Positions 1-13,112 of a stretch of DNA of 64,000 nt are shown here, piece by piece. The notes beneath the pieces are model-generated. The model saw nothing but the letters and a program-made list of their open reading frames with translations, was not told where the DNA came from and searched no databases. The translations under genes and the position numbers were made by a program. Within the stretch, counting starts at the first letter, position 1, and each line of letters begins with the position of its first letter. Location: positions 23,188,001 through 23,252,000 of the forward strand of contig NC_043014.1 of the NCBI RefSeq assembly GCF_006345805.1, given 5' to 3'. The DNA is from Octopus sinensis (taxonomy: Eukaryota).

Positions 1-893
1 CATGTTCAGTCGCACTGTATATCACCTTAAGCAAGTGTCTTCTACTACATCCCTGAGCAAACCAGAGCATTGTGAATGGATTTGGTAGATGGAAACGGAA
101 AGAAGCCCAACATATATGTATGTGTGTGAATGTGTTTGTTGTACCTTTGTTTAGACATTACTTCATGATTGTAAATGAGCATCATCATAAATGAGTGCTG
201 TTGTTTGTTTCCAGTATTTTGTGAAACATGTCTATCTCTTTAACTTGCTTGGAAATTGATGAGTGTTGGCAACAGGAAGGGTGTCAGGTAGTAGAAAATC
301 TGCCAAGACAAATTCCATATGAGGTATATGTGGATGTTAAATAATGATGATACACACACTTATACACACGCGCACACACACACAAGCATCAGTAATGCTA
401 ACTAATCTCTCAACTCATTGGAAATAAGTTAAATCTCACTGAAATTATACCCTAGCATCTTGTAAATAAGACTAGAAGGCTACATTGGATAATGTACTCC
501 TAGATACACAATATCTAAGAGAATGTTTAATCTGACATAGAGCTAAGGCACAAGAACAGCACATACACACACACACACACACAAACTTGTTAACAATTCA
601 AATAGGCATGGTGCATATTTGAACTTATAATTTCTTGCTGTAAACATGTAAGTGTAAACACATACCAAGTCAGTATGGAGTACTCTTTAACTACACTGAT
701 GGATACATGTAAATGCTGAAGAGGTAATCTCCTCTTCAGCATTAGATACTGGAAGCGGGAATACTACAAACTGACAAAAACATGGATATCTTTTATTATA
801 TTCCCATCATATTATGACTGGTTGCACTAATCAGTGGTTTGGTATAAATAAAATACAGAACAGAAGCACTAAGCAGTGATGTGTGTGCATATA

Positions 894-935
<42 letters not shown>

Positions 936-1215
936 TGCCGTTGTTGTTTAACCCTCAGATAACCACAGTCAAACTCACCTTTGATCAAGGACTAGGTGGC
1001 ACATTGACAGTTACTAGTATGTTGGATAGAATACCATACAATATTTATTGTGCCTATTTGTGTTGTAAATTCAAATCTTACTGAATTCAACTTTAGCTTT
1101 CTATTGGTCAAATACAGTTCTTTTGTTTCCTGTATCTTTTTCTGTTTGTCTGTCTGTCATTAAAATTGGTTACAGCCAAATAGTATGGTGTTATATGTCA
1201 AAAAAAGAAAATCCT

Positions 1216-1576
1216 GTAAGCAGTTTGCTTCCCAACCACATGGTTCTAGGTTCAGTCCTATTGCATGGCACTTTGGGCAGGTGTCTTTAGCTATAGCCCT
1301 GGGCTGACCAAAGCCTTGTAAGTGGCTTGGTAGACAGAAACTAAAAGAAGCCTGTTGTGTGTATGTCTTTGTATCAGTATTTGTCACCCACTGCCACACT
1401 TGAGAACCAGTATTTGTGTGTTTACATCCTTGTAACTTATCAGTTTGGTAAAAGAGACTGATAGTATGAATACCAAGCTTTAGAAAAATCAAGTACTGGG
1501 GTTAATCTATTTGACTAAAAATTCTTCAAGGCAGTGCCCCACCATGGCTGTAGTTTAATGAATGAAGCAAGTAAAA
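1216..1576 (+). mobile_element. tRNA-derived SINE, decayed copy of the dominant family
   Basis: Collinear with the intact copy at 6863-7255: B-box-like GGTTCAGTCC head, 'gtggcttggtagacagaaactaaaagaagcc' core and 'caagtaaaa' tail. Confidence 0.75.
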
Positions 1577-2853
1577 AGGTAAGGCTGGTAACTGAAAAAT
1601 TCCTTGACCAGCACTATGTACTTATCAAGGAGGTCTTATCAACCTGATGGTGCACCTTTCTTTTTGACCAATTTGAGCCATAGCTACATCCTTTACTTAC
1701 ATGTTTTCTGGACACTAAGGTGTAATTTTTGGATATCTGACTGTTGCTTCTAACAGGTGGAATAATCACCCAGAAGGTCCTCCTTTAACTGGTGGTTACT
1801 GTTTGTTGAAACTAAAACCTCATAATATGATCTTTGGTGGTTTTGGTTCCATTCCAACATTTTACATTGAGCAATCTTAGGCAGGTTGGTATAAAAAAGG
1901 GATTTTATGCTAGACAGTGGCTCCCAACCAGGATCCATATAAGATTTTGTTGTTAAAATTTATTTGCAGCTAAATATTTTAATAATCATTATAATACAGT
2001 TCATAATAATATTTAATTATAAAAATATATTTGAATTTTTTTAACATTGAATGGCTAGGAAGGTCCATCTCAGTAAAATAGGAATCAAAGGTAGAAAATG
2101 GATGGGAAACACTATGTATGCTAGAGTATACAGGTTCTCTCATTGTTCCTTATATAGAAAGAACTTCTCAGAAGTCCAACAAGTCACCTCAGGTATAAAG
2201 GTGACCACATACTTCTTTTCTGATCACTGAACATCAAAGCATCACACACATACACACACATTTTCCTGTTTTTTTTTTCCGTATTTATCTCTTATCATTA
2301 TTTGTCCTTCTCCTCCTCCCCTCTAATTCCATAGGTTAAGATAAACCTCTGTTTGCTGCTCCTCCTTCCCTTCCAATACAACAGGAAATGCTTATAATTG
2401 TTAACTTGTGTTAGCTATAAATTATTTTGCCACAGCACACCATCTTATGGAAATAAAGAAAAACTTGTCAAATGGCTTAAGAATTCAAAATATTTCTCAA
2501 AGCAATGGAGAATAAGTGTGTTTGTATCTGTGTGTGTGTGTGTGGTTTTGTGTATATGTGAAACTTTGTGTTTATATAGGGGTGCATTTATGTATATATC
2601 TATATTGGTGTTGTTCTGTTTAACCCCAGGTGAGCCCTGACTGGACAGAGCTATGATCAAAGGCATTCCAACTGTGACTATCTTGTCTCTTTACTATGCC
2701 TAGAGAACCCAAGGCCATATTACCCAACATTTTCTTTTCTAAGGTGGTAGGGTGTGAATTGAGAGAGAGATTTGGTTGCTATTTCTAGCAAATTGAGTAG
2801 CCACATAGATCCTGCATGCATGTATGTGTGTGTAATTGAAGTTATAATGATTC

Positions 2854-2856
<3 letters not shown>

Positions 2857-2934
<78 letters not shown>
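2857..2934. repeat. (ATT)n microsatellite
   Basis: Pure ATT run read directly from the sequence. Confidence 0.95.
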
Positions 2935-3409
2935 CTTAAAGCAGCTGAAGATATATATTCAGAATGAAATAAAAATATATATTTATTTATTTTGGGATAA
3001 TAATGATGTTTTGTTTTTTCCTTGCTACCAGAAACTCTGAGAAAGAGTGTGTGTGTGTGATTATAGTATATATTTTATTTTATTTATAATTTTACAGATT
3101 TATTTCTATTATTTTCTTTGCTTATTTGTTTATCATTGCTCCATTTTAGATATATGAAGTGTGGGTGGAAGCTAGAATATAGAACAAATTTTAAAATAAA
3201 GGAAAATATAAAAGATGTAATAAAAGCAGATGAAAGAAAGAAATGCAACATACGAATGACTAAGAACCTACATGCAAAGAAGGGTGAATTTTTATGAAAT
3301 TTGTATAAATATTTAAGTTAGTGTATGTAGTGAGGGTGGGAAAATCTAATTGTGGGACAAAACTCTACATAGTTTCATATTGACATTGTCACTACCATAG
3401 CAGAACCTT

Positions 3410-3648
3410 TGCAGCAGTTCATATGACCCTTGGAGGTCCACATAAGATTTCATTGTTAAAATTTTGTGCAGTAAATTCCCTATACTTCTACAATACACAA
3501 AATATTTTCATCTTTTTTATACCTTTCCTTTTTATATTTATCCTAAAAATATAATATGGTTTTTTAAAGATTGAATGGTTATGAGGGTCCACCTGAGTAA
3601 AATAAATATGATGGGGGTCCTTAGGTAAAAAATAGTTGAGAACCACTG
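3410..3648 (+). mobile_element. Short non-autonomous DNA element, hAT-like end (related fragments at 1915-2095 and 36727-36917)
   Basis: Ends in GTTGAGAACCACTG, the reverse complement of CAGTGGTTCTCAAC, a hAT/Charlie-type TIR. Shares 'cataagatt..ttgttaaaattt' and 'ttgaatgg..gggtcca' blocks with the other two fragments. Confidence 0.45.
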
Positions 3649-6642
3649 CTATACAGTATACAACATAACCAGCCTAGCATCATAGGAACAACAGTCAATG
3701 CCACAACATCACTGCTTCAGTATTGCCCACCAGGACAGCCACAACTGTCATCAGAACAGCCTTACCATCACAACATTACTGGCTTAGCATCACTAACAAT
3801 CACTGCTACTACTTCACTGACACAGCATCAATGTTGCAACATCATTTACATAAATTATCAAATTAACTGTGAATTTTTTCAGACTTCATACTTTTTATCT
3901 GGTAGGGTTTTTTGTCCAGTCAATCTCTGGAGACTCTACACCAATACCTCTATTTTACCATCTAGTTAAATTAACTCTTTCTGATCAGACCATCATTTTC
4001 CATTCTCTGTTGATTCTTGTGATTATATACAAATATAGTTGTGTCACTGTTATTTACACTTAGAAAATATTGATTAAACCTTTGATTGAAAGTGTATTAG
4101 CTTTATTTTGAGTGTAACCTCAAAACCACCATCATCCAATATGTCTGTTCCTTTTAAAGACATTTATAGTGTGTACATGTAGAGACTCGAATTTATAGTG
4201 TGATTTGATGAAAAATCTAGCTGCTCTTTCTAAACATGCACTAAGTAACTGTTTAGTGCATGGATATATGTGTTTATGTATATATATATCTGAATTGAGA
4301 TAAATAACTTTATTTCATCTTCCATCTTCATTGTTCTTCCATATAACTTCAAAATGGCACAAAGGATTCACACAACCATTTAGTCACTGCCTTTCTCTTG
4401 GTCTTGATGGAACTAGTTCTTTAAAATTCTTACATTCACTTAATTTCCACACACTTTGTTTTTACTTGCCCATAACAAGAGAGTTCTTCTTTTGATAGTT
4501 TCCCCTTGGGCAATTCCTTTCTTCCTCTATCTCCCTCTCTCCCTCTCTCCTTCTGTGTTTGTGTGTGTGCATGCATGTATTTTTCCAGATGTTTTCCCTA
4601 GCACCAAGCTGGTTTTCACTTCCTTCCTTCATTAAATGTTATTTATTCATGCTATCAAATAATGAATAAATGTTTTACACCTTTAGCATTTTTAATTTGG
4701 TAATGGTAAAGACAAATGTGGATTTGAAGGAGATTTGGCTGCCATTTCTATCAGCTGCAGTAATCACAAAGATAGAAGCTCTCCATAAAGGTTCTCTAAA
4801 AGATGTGTTTTTTCAGGTGGCAGGAGGTGTACTTTTACCAAAAGTAATGTCCCAGCAAGGGGACAGTAGTGTGGTGTTCTAATGGTTTAAAATCAAGTAA
4901 AATTTGGCACACTTCACAGTCATGTAATTCCTGGTTCAATCCCACTACAAGATACCTTAGTCAAGTATCTTCTAGCAAAGCTGTAATTAAGTAACAGGAG
5001 ACAGAATAATCTCAGAAGGTCTGTTTTTGTTCTTGTTGCAATAAATGGCCTTCAGTCAGATGTTCATGTAAGTGGATGATTCAAATTCTTGTTCCATTAG
5101 AGAGTTCATTAGCCTTATTTGGTTAGTTGAAAAAATGTTAATAATCAATTTATAGTTTTCACTGTTGTTTGATGGGGGAAAATTTAGAGAAGTTGGGCAT
5201 AAGAGGAATTAGATGAAGAGAGGAGACTCACTTGTTTGGTCATGTGATGCAGATGGATGAGGGCAGTTACATAAAGAAGTACTAATCACTTAAAGTGTAG
5301 GGAAGTTGTGAAAGGGAGTTGTGGGGTGAATTATTGAAGGCTGATCTCCAAATGTTGAGCCTTACACAGTCGATGACAGTGTGCCCCTGTAGGAGGGCAA
5401 AAATTGGCTTGGGCTATAATAAATCATCCAACCCATGTCAGCAGAAGAAGGATGTGAAATGATAATGATGATGTATGTATGCATACATAGATACATGCAT
5501 GTATGGAGCTAAAGCAAGCCTCAGTTCAATCAAACCATCCATCCAATGCCAGTGTGGAAGATGGATGTTAAAAGATGATGATGATAGCTTGCTAACAAAT
5601 AGATATTTATACACACATATGTATGTGTATATATCTATGTTTGTGTTTGTGCCCAGTGTTGAGATAAATCTCTTAATGTCAAAGCCATAACACAGTGGCT
5701 TGATAAAAAGAGATTGATAAAATTAGCAGCAAAGTGGAAATAAGTATTTGTGTTGACATGATCAATGAAATCTTGGAAGGCATTGCCCCAACATGGCCAT
5801 GACTCAATGAGTGAAACCATTAAAAGAATCATATTATATATCCTTGTATATTTTTGGTAAGAGATTTGATCAGGCATTGTGTGTTGAAGCAAATATTGAA
5901 ACAGATCTCAACAGTGGAGAGAGGGAGGGGGTGGGTGAAAGAACATGTGGGACAAATGACTTTACTGATTGCTGGTAACAGCAACTAGCTAAAATAATAA
6001 CAAAGTAAATAAACTGAATAGCAGCTAACGGGTGCATATGGTATGGGCATTAATTAATTGCCGAATTGGCAAACACATGTACAGCAAAACAAACTTACTG
6101 TGATAGTTGCAACATGGTGTTAAGACATTTTACTATTCATATATTTTTTTTGTTTCAGTCATTTGACTGCAGTCATGCTGGAGCACCACCCACCTTTGGT
6201 TGAACAAATCAACCCCAGGACTTATTCTTTGTAGGCCTAGTACTTATTCTTTCGGTCTCATTTGCTGAACCGTTAAGTTACGGTAATGTAAACACAGTTG
6301 TCAAGAGATTGTGGGGCAAACACAGACACACAAATACATACATACATATAAATTTACTTCTAATATAAGGATAAAATTTTTTTTGAAAAACAATTTTATC
6401 AGTGGCCAGCATATTAAAATACCTTGTAAGGTGAAATTATAAACTATTATAAATAAGAGCAAAAGAAACAAAAATTTCTTTGCCAATATGCTGAAAAAAT
6501 AGACTTTATATCATCTAACCATGTTTCAACACATTGTTTATTTATAGTGAAAAATATTATATGTGCTTAGACAATATAAAGTCTATTTTTTCAGTATAAT
6601 GGCATAGAAAATTTTTTTTTCTTTTGCCCTTATTTATAATTG

Positions 6643-6677
<35 letters not shown>

Positions 6678-6862
6678 GATGGGCTTCTTTCAGTTTCTGC
6701 CTACCTAATCCACTCACAAGGCTTTTGTTGGTCTGAGGCTATAATAGAAGACACTTGCTCAAAGTGCCATGCAGTGGAATTGAACCTGGAACCATGTAGT
6801 TGGGAAGCATGCTTCTTACCACAAAATATGAATGGTAAAATATACACTCACACATACACATA

Positions 6863-7255
6863 GGCGCAAGAGTGGCTGTGTGGTAAGTAGCTTGCTAGCC
6901 AACCACATGGTTCCGGGTTCAGTCCCACTGCGTGGCATCTTGGGCAAGTGTCTTCTGCTATAGCCCCGGGCCGACCAATGCCTTGGAGTGGATTTGGTAG
7001 ACAGAAACTAAAAGAAGCCTGTCGTATATATGTATGTGTGTGTTTGTATGTCTGTGTTTGTCCCCCTAGCATTGCTTGACAACCGATGCTGGCGTGTTTA
7101 CGTCCCTGTCACCTAGCGGTTCAGCAAAAGGGACCGATAGAATAAGTACTAGGCTTACAAAGAATAAGTCCCGGGGTCGATTTGCTCGACTAAAGGCGAT
7201 GCTCCAGCATGGCCGCAGTCAAAATGGACTGAACCAAGTAAAAGAGAGTAAAGAG
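6863..7255 (+). mobile_element. Full-length tRNA-derived SINE
   Basis: A-box-like TGGCTGTGTGG and B-box-like GGTTCAGTCCC, conserved core, short 'agtaaagag' repeated tail. More than 10 homologous fragments in the window (e.g. 1-110, 6170-6300, 6670-6820, 8941-9270, 15106-15250, 25690-25830, 41690-42000, 48500-48800). Confidence 0.85.
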
Positions 7256-7638
7256 ATACCTATGGACACTAACTAATCACACTAATGATCAGGTAATATT
7301 CCAGCCATAATTATCCTTTCTATTTTAAGCACAAGGCCATATAATAATAATTATAATATCTATTATGATCTGTACACACAGCAAGTTATGCCTAAAATGA
7401 CTGATAAATTATAGAATAAAGTAATAGTAAGACTTAGCTGTTGTTCCTAGCAGGTCAGACACTTGCATTAAGGCTCTTTCTTTGCTTCAAATGACCACTT
7501 GGAGAAGACTCTCACTTGAAGGAGACCCTAAAAGTTGTTTAAAAAAGCATTCTTTATTTGCTGAAATTATTTAGTATGTTAGTAAGTATTCCTCATTTCT
7601 GTTTATCTGTCTGCTGCTTGCCCTTACCCCCACTTCAC

Positions 7639-7669
<31 letters not shown>

Positions 7670-8276
7670 CCCCTCTCTTATTCCCTTTCTCATTTTGATG
7701 AAGAACTCTGTTGAAGCCATTATTACATCCCTTACTCAATCACAGCATACCAAGATTTTGTTTCAGTCATTTGAATTTTGGTTAGATAGTTGACACCTCT
7801 CACTTGCAATGCCTTCGTACTCTGGCAATCTTTACCCACCTAATAAAAACTGTTCTTCAATATTTGCAAGTTAGAGAAAGGAGGCTTGAAGCCAGGTGTG
7901 GGGGAGATGGGGAGAAATTTACAGATGTTACTACCAGAAATATAACAAGCAAACAACTCAAAGAACATGGTAAAACATGATTATGGCTGTGCTAATATAA
8001 AATTCAATATTTATTCAATTTGGCCCATGTTCTATGGGCAGCTTTTAAGCTAGCTCCTGTGGAAAGCTCTTCACTGGGTCTTGGGCCCAACAATGACACT
8101 TCATGCATTGAGTACATATTAAATTTTATTAAACTTGACCAATATTTTTCAAGCAATGAACAATTTTCACCAAATCAATGATATAATTTGTCAACTTTGA
8201 ACCTATTGCAAAGCTGAATGATAAACAACATTCTTTGTCGTCCCATTTGGGAGTTGGTACAATGTTTTTCTGTCTA

Positions 8277-8336
<60 letters not shown>

Positions 8337-8940
8337 TGTCTTCAACCATTACTATCACCAGCACCACCCCATTGCCACAACTGCCATACACACCATTCAG
8401 ACTACTGTTGGTCTGAGGCTATAATAGAAGACACTTGCTCAAAGTGCCATGCAGTGGGACTGAACCTGGAACCATGTAGTTGGGAAGCATGCTTCTTACC
8501 ACAAAATATGAATGGTAAAATACACATACACACACATACCTATGGACACTAACTAATCACACTAATGATCAGGTAATACCTTTGACTTCACCGCTTTCCC
8601 CTCCACCACCATCACCACTGTCTTTCACATCACTTACTATCACCATCATCCCTGACCACCACAGCTACCACTACCACCACCATCATCATCACCTCCGCCT
8701 CTATCATAACTACAGCTCAATCTACTACTGCCCTCACCATCTCTATGCCTACAATTACTCTCACACCAGCAGGAGGAATAGTAGAAGTGTCATTGAATAG
8801 TGAGAGCAGGGGTCAAAATGTGACACACTGACACAAAGAAATTAGTTTTGGCATTTATTATAGATTATCTCTCACCAGCAGTCCCCATGAAAATGTTAAA
8901 GGTTATATTCAAAATAAAAATATTGTTGGAAGTTTACAGA

Positions 8941-9270
8941 GAGGCATGACCATGTGGTAAGAAGCTTGCTTCCCATCCACATGATTTCAGGCTCAGTCAC
9001 ACTGTGAGGTACCTTTCTACTATAGCCTCAGGCTGACCAAAGCTTTATGAGTGGATTTGGTTGACAGAGACTGGAAGAAGCTTGTTGTAAAAGTGTGTGT
9101 CTTTGAGTATGTGCTTGTCCCCCACCATTGCTTAACAACTGGTGTTGGTGTGTTTACATCCCTATAACTTGGCAGTAGAGACCAGTAGAATGAGTACCAG
9201 GCTTAAAAAAGAAAATATAAGGAATGGGGTTGATTCATTCAACCAAAATTTCTTCACGGTAGTGCTCCAG
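8941..9270 (+). mobile_element. tRNA-derived SINE, decayed
   Basis: Collinear similarity to 6863-7255. Confidence 0.7.
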
Positions 9271-9539
9271 CAGAAACATTTTTTAAGATGTCTATACCAT
9301 ACAGATAGTATTGAAAGTGCAGTCTTGGAAAAGAACATCTTTCAAAATTCTGTTGTTTGTTATACATTTGGTTAAACCCTTTTCATCTTTTCCAGCTTGA
9401 CAACTGTTAGCTGTTATTTTTATCTTCATAACAAGAATACTTCAAAGGTCTCACTTATCTGTAATATTTTTTTGCTACAGCATAGCTACATTGGTAAAGC
9501 TTTAACAAATCTTAATATCCTGAATTATACAAAAGCAGT

Positions 9540-9725
9540 GAGCTAGCAAAATCGTTAGTATGCTGAGCAAAATGCTTCTCTGCATTTTGTCTGTCTTTAT
9601 GTTCTGAGTCCGACTTTGCCATTCATCTTTTCAAGGTTGATAAAATAAGTACCAATCAAGTACTAGGGTCAATGTAATTGACTAACCCCTCCTCAGAAAT
9701 TGCTGGCCTTGTACCAAAATTTGAG
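9540..9725 (+). mobile_element. Second SINE-like family (inverted copy at about 40755-40945)
   Basis: Shares 'gagct.gca..atcgttag', 'gactttgcc.ttc' and 'gtc.at.taattgact' blocks with the minus-strand copy near 40.8 kb. Confidence 0.5.
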
Positions 9726-10329
9726 ATGATATGCGGAGTAGCAAATCGGTGCAGTCATTAGAGTACTGGATAGAATGTAAGGCAATAATTGTTCTGACAG
9801 TCATTACTCTGTGTTCAAATCCTGTCCAGATCAACTTTGTGTTTTTTAAGGCAGTACTGTCCTTCTACTGATATGACTGAAAGAATAAAAGAATGTACTC
9901 TTATTGTCATACCAGAGAATAGTACATATGGTGGAACTTGAATTCATAGTCCTAGTCAGAGAATAACAGCAGCTACCCCAGTGATTTGTGGATTCTGAAA
10001 AAAGAATATATATCCATACATATATCATCATTTTGATGATCCTTTTCCAATGCTTGTGTGGGTTAGACAGAATTTGTTGAGGGAGATTTTCTACTACTGG
10101 ATGCCCTTCCTGTTGCCAGCCCTTATTTGTTTTCACACAAGATAATATTTCCCCATAGCCAGACGCGCTTTTCATGAAAGGGGTCTTTGAATGAACAGCA
10201 CATGGAATTTATGTCTCCATATTATCCACTTGTAATAACAAAATATTGATAATAAGACTACATTTCTGTTTATAAATGCCCTATAAATTCCACACAGCCT
10301 TGGCTTTGTTGTCTCATGCACCGAGGGTA

Positions 10330-10480
10330 CATAAAAAGCACCCACTACACTCTCGGAGTGGTTGGTGTTAGGAAGGGCATGCAACTGTAGAAACATTGCC
10401 AGATCAGATTGGAGCCTCAGTCAAACCATCCAACTCATGCCAGCATAGAAAACAGACATCAAACAATGATGATGATGAGA
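10330..10480 (+). mobile_element. RTE-type 3' tail fragment with (TGA)n end
   Basis: 'gcacccactacactctcggagtggttggtgttaggaagggcat...gacatcaaacaatgatgatgat' matches the 3' end of the RTE at 52660-52838. Similar tails at 35060-35240 and 48900-49065. Confidence 0.7.
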
Positions 10481-10523
10481 TATATATATATATGTTATAA
10501 TTTAGAACAAATAGTATGTTGTC

Positions 10524-10589
10524 ATTATAGTGCTCGGAGTTTCGAATGTCGAAGTGAAGAGCTACAATGCATTCTCATCAGCTATTAAT
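10524..10589 (-). ncRNA. Decayed type I hammerhead ribozyme, probably in the pLTR of the adjacent Penelope-like element
   Basis: Minus strand reads ATTAATAG CTGATGA GAATG-(21 nt)-CATTC GAAAC TCCGA GCA CTATAAT. Core boxes, stem II and stem I are present, but the cleavage triplet is GCA instead of GUH. Confidence 0.6.
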
Positions 10590-10789
10590 GGCAATAGAGG
10601 CTGTGAAAAAAACTGTTGAATAAAAAGGAGGTTACTCCATTAGGGAGAAAAAGAAAAAAGATAAAAAATACAAACAACCATATTCTCACAATACATAGAC
10701 ATAAACGCCCTGCATTCATAAAGTCTATATACATACACACTCACACAAACATGTATACCTACATGCACATACACACACACACACATGTT

Positions 10790-10837
<48 letters not shown>

Positions 10838-11279
10838 ATATACACACACATATACATATATATATATATATACACACATATACATCCTCCTATCACACAC
10901 CTACCTCCGTACATATACAAACACATGCATATCCGTATAAATGAAGGGGACGTTTGCATAAAATTCACACTTATGCACCGGACACATTGCATACACATAC
11001 ACACACATATACATATAAAATATAAATATACATATACATACACTCACACACGTACACATTCACACAATTAAAAAGAAAAAATGAAAAATATATATAAAAA
11101 AGAAAAAATTAAAAGAAGTTAAGACATATTGGGAAGCTTGTGCAGGAACACAGTAAAAATGTGGATTCTAGCCATGATCTTGGGGAGCCCAAAACCATAA
11201 AAAGGTCATATGTGGACATGATCCAAAACATTCAGTTCTTGAATTTAGACATGCAGCAGGGTCCAAGGAACTTTTCCAG

Positions 11280-12187
11280 ATGGCAATAGAAGCTATGAAA
11301 AAAACTGTTGAATAAAAAGGAAGTTACTCTTTCCATATTTTCAAAGACTGCACTTGCCACTAATGTTGGCTAAGATCTTCCAGTAAATCCTATAGCTGAC
11401 ACCTTGTTCTTTTAAGAACCATATAAGACTGGATAATTTGGTAGTTTTTCTTTTATTCCATTGTCTGAAGTTTAAGGTGTGATTGTTGAACCTTGCTTTG
11501 AAATTTCCCTCTGTGAGACCCACATACCCCTTTGATGAAACTGTGTTATTAGCATTTGTAGAATTTATGGTGGTTTCATAAATAATGGCCTTGGTCATAC
11601 GGGCTCCATTTAGCAGGCACAAGTCTTTATCCTTGCAGGAACAGCCAGCTTTGTGTTGTTGTTTTGCATTGTATGTTTTTAAAATTTGGGGTTGAACTAA
11701 AACTAATTTTTAGGTTATGCCTATTAAAGAGTTTCATATATTTATGATGTTTTAGAAAATGTCTATCTATTAGTGACAATAAATATTTACCTATATTAAC
11801 AGTCACTTCAGGGGAGTAAAGGGTGTGAACCAGATAATTTTCCTGTGTCTGTGTTTTCTTGGCCTAATAGCAGACATGTAAGCTATTTCCTCTTTAAATT
11901 CACTAGCTTTAAGGACATTGTTATATTGTGGGGCAGCATTATTAAATATGTTTATATTGGACGAAAGGCTAGAAATTCTCCTAATATTCTCAACTAAATT
12001 CTTAAACACTATGGCAGGAACCTACATTAATATAACTCTATCATTGGACTTTCTATAGGGTTTGTAAATCTAGAGACACATCAAGGAAATTGACAACTGT
12101 CAGGTTGGTATCTATTGTTATGCTAAGATCGAATGTTTTCATAAGATGGATAATATCCTTCCTTAAGCGATCTTGCATGGGTCCGTC
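11280..12187 (-). mobile_element. Penelope-like element remnant (RT C-terminus plus GIY-YIG endonuclease)
   Basis: Minus-strand translations DGPMQDRLRKDIIHLMKTFDLSITIDTNLTVVNFLDVSLD (RT), NAAPQYNNVLKASEF..RKIIWFTPF, and GCSCKDKDLCLLNG..AIIY..GYVGLTEGNFKARFNNH..TKLSSLIW (GIY-YIG). Several stops and frameshifts. A 50-bp segment at 11280-11330 is directly repeated at 10588-10640, consistent with a pLTR. Confidence 0.85.
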
Positions 12188-12775
12188 TATATATATATAT
12201 ATATATATATGTATATAATATTTTTCACTTGCATATTGTCAGTATGCTTCTACTGAAGAGTGTAAAGTAATTTTTATTACAAAACATGAAATCTTAAGCT
12301 CTAGAGTTGTCCAAAATTTCATAAATCTTCTTGTCCATTTCCTCACATCCAGCGTTGTGCAAAAAAAACTAGAACAGATTTAGAGTGGTTTGTACACATT
12401 TGACATCTACTTCTAGCGTATTGGTGTTGTCCCTCCAGCACCCTTAATTATAATTATATACTTAAATATAGAAGATCATAGCTGAATGAAATTGTAGTTA
12501 TTAACTATTTTTTTTTTCATTTCGGCACAAAATATTTATGAAATTTTATAAGGGAACAAGTAGGAAGTTGTTTTACTTGTCATTTTCCTAATCATATTAC
12601 TTTTCAGCACTAGCTAGAACTACCAACAAAATCTTATAGAAATTATATATTTATATATTAGTAACAGAGACAGTATTAATATCATGAGGTAATGTTAATC
12701 CCCACTTAAACACGGATGTTCTATGAAAACAAATTATCTGTGGTAGATAGATGCTATGACAGACACTTTCATATT

Positions 12776-13112
12776 GGCTTTTGGTGCAAAATGCTCTCTT
12801 GTTTATATTACTAGCAGGGAGATAAATCTCTGCCACTTCCAGTGCCAAGACCACCAGATCATGTGATTTCAACTTTTCTTGGTCTTGTCAATGATGGATG
12901 CTTGACTGCTAGAGATAGCAGCAACTCATCTTGGATCTCATCAGTTTGGCTCACAGATTTAAAAAAATTTTATCTCTAGCAGTCAAGCATCCATCATTGA
13001 CAAGACCAAGAAAAGTTGAAATCACATGATCTGGTGGTCTTGGCACTGGAAGTGGCAGAGATTTATCTCCCTGCTAGTAATATAAACAAGAGAGCATTTT
13101 GCACCGAAAGCC
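12776..13112. repeat. Inverted repeat, 142-bp arms (12776-12917 and 12971-13112), 53-bp spacer
   Basis: Arms compared base by base: one mismatch (position 13106). Confidence 0.95.

Noticed and set aside
4670-4882. 70-aa ORF with an apparent splice acceptor
   Set aside because: It overlaps a short dispersed repeat ('gatttgaaggagatttggctgc.atttcta', also near 2755, 4200, 42865) and a decayed SINE head.
6863-6935. tRNA gene
   Set aside because: Only A/B-box-like motifs of a SINE head are present. I could not fold a cloverleaf, and the sequence continues into the SINE body.
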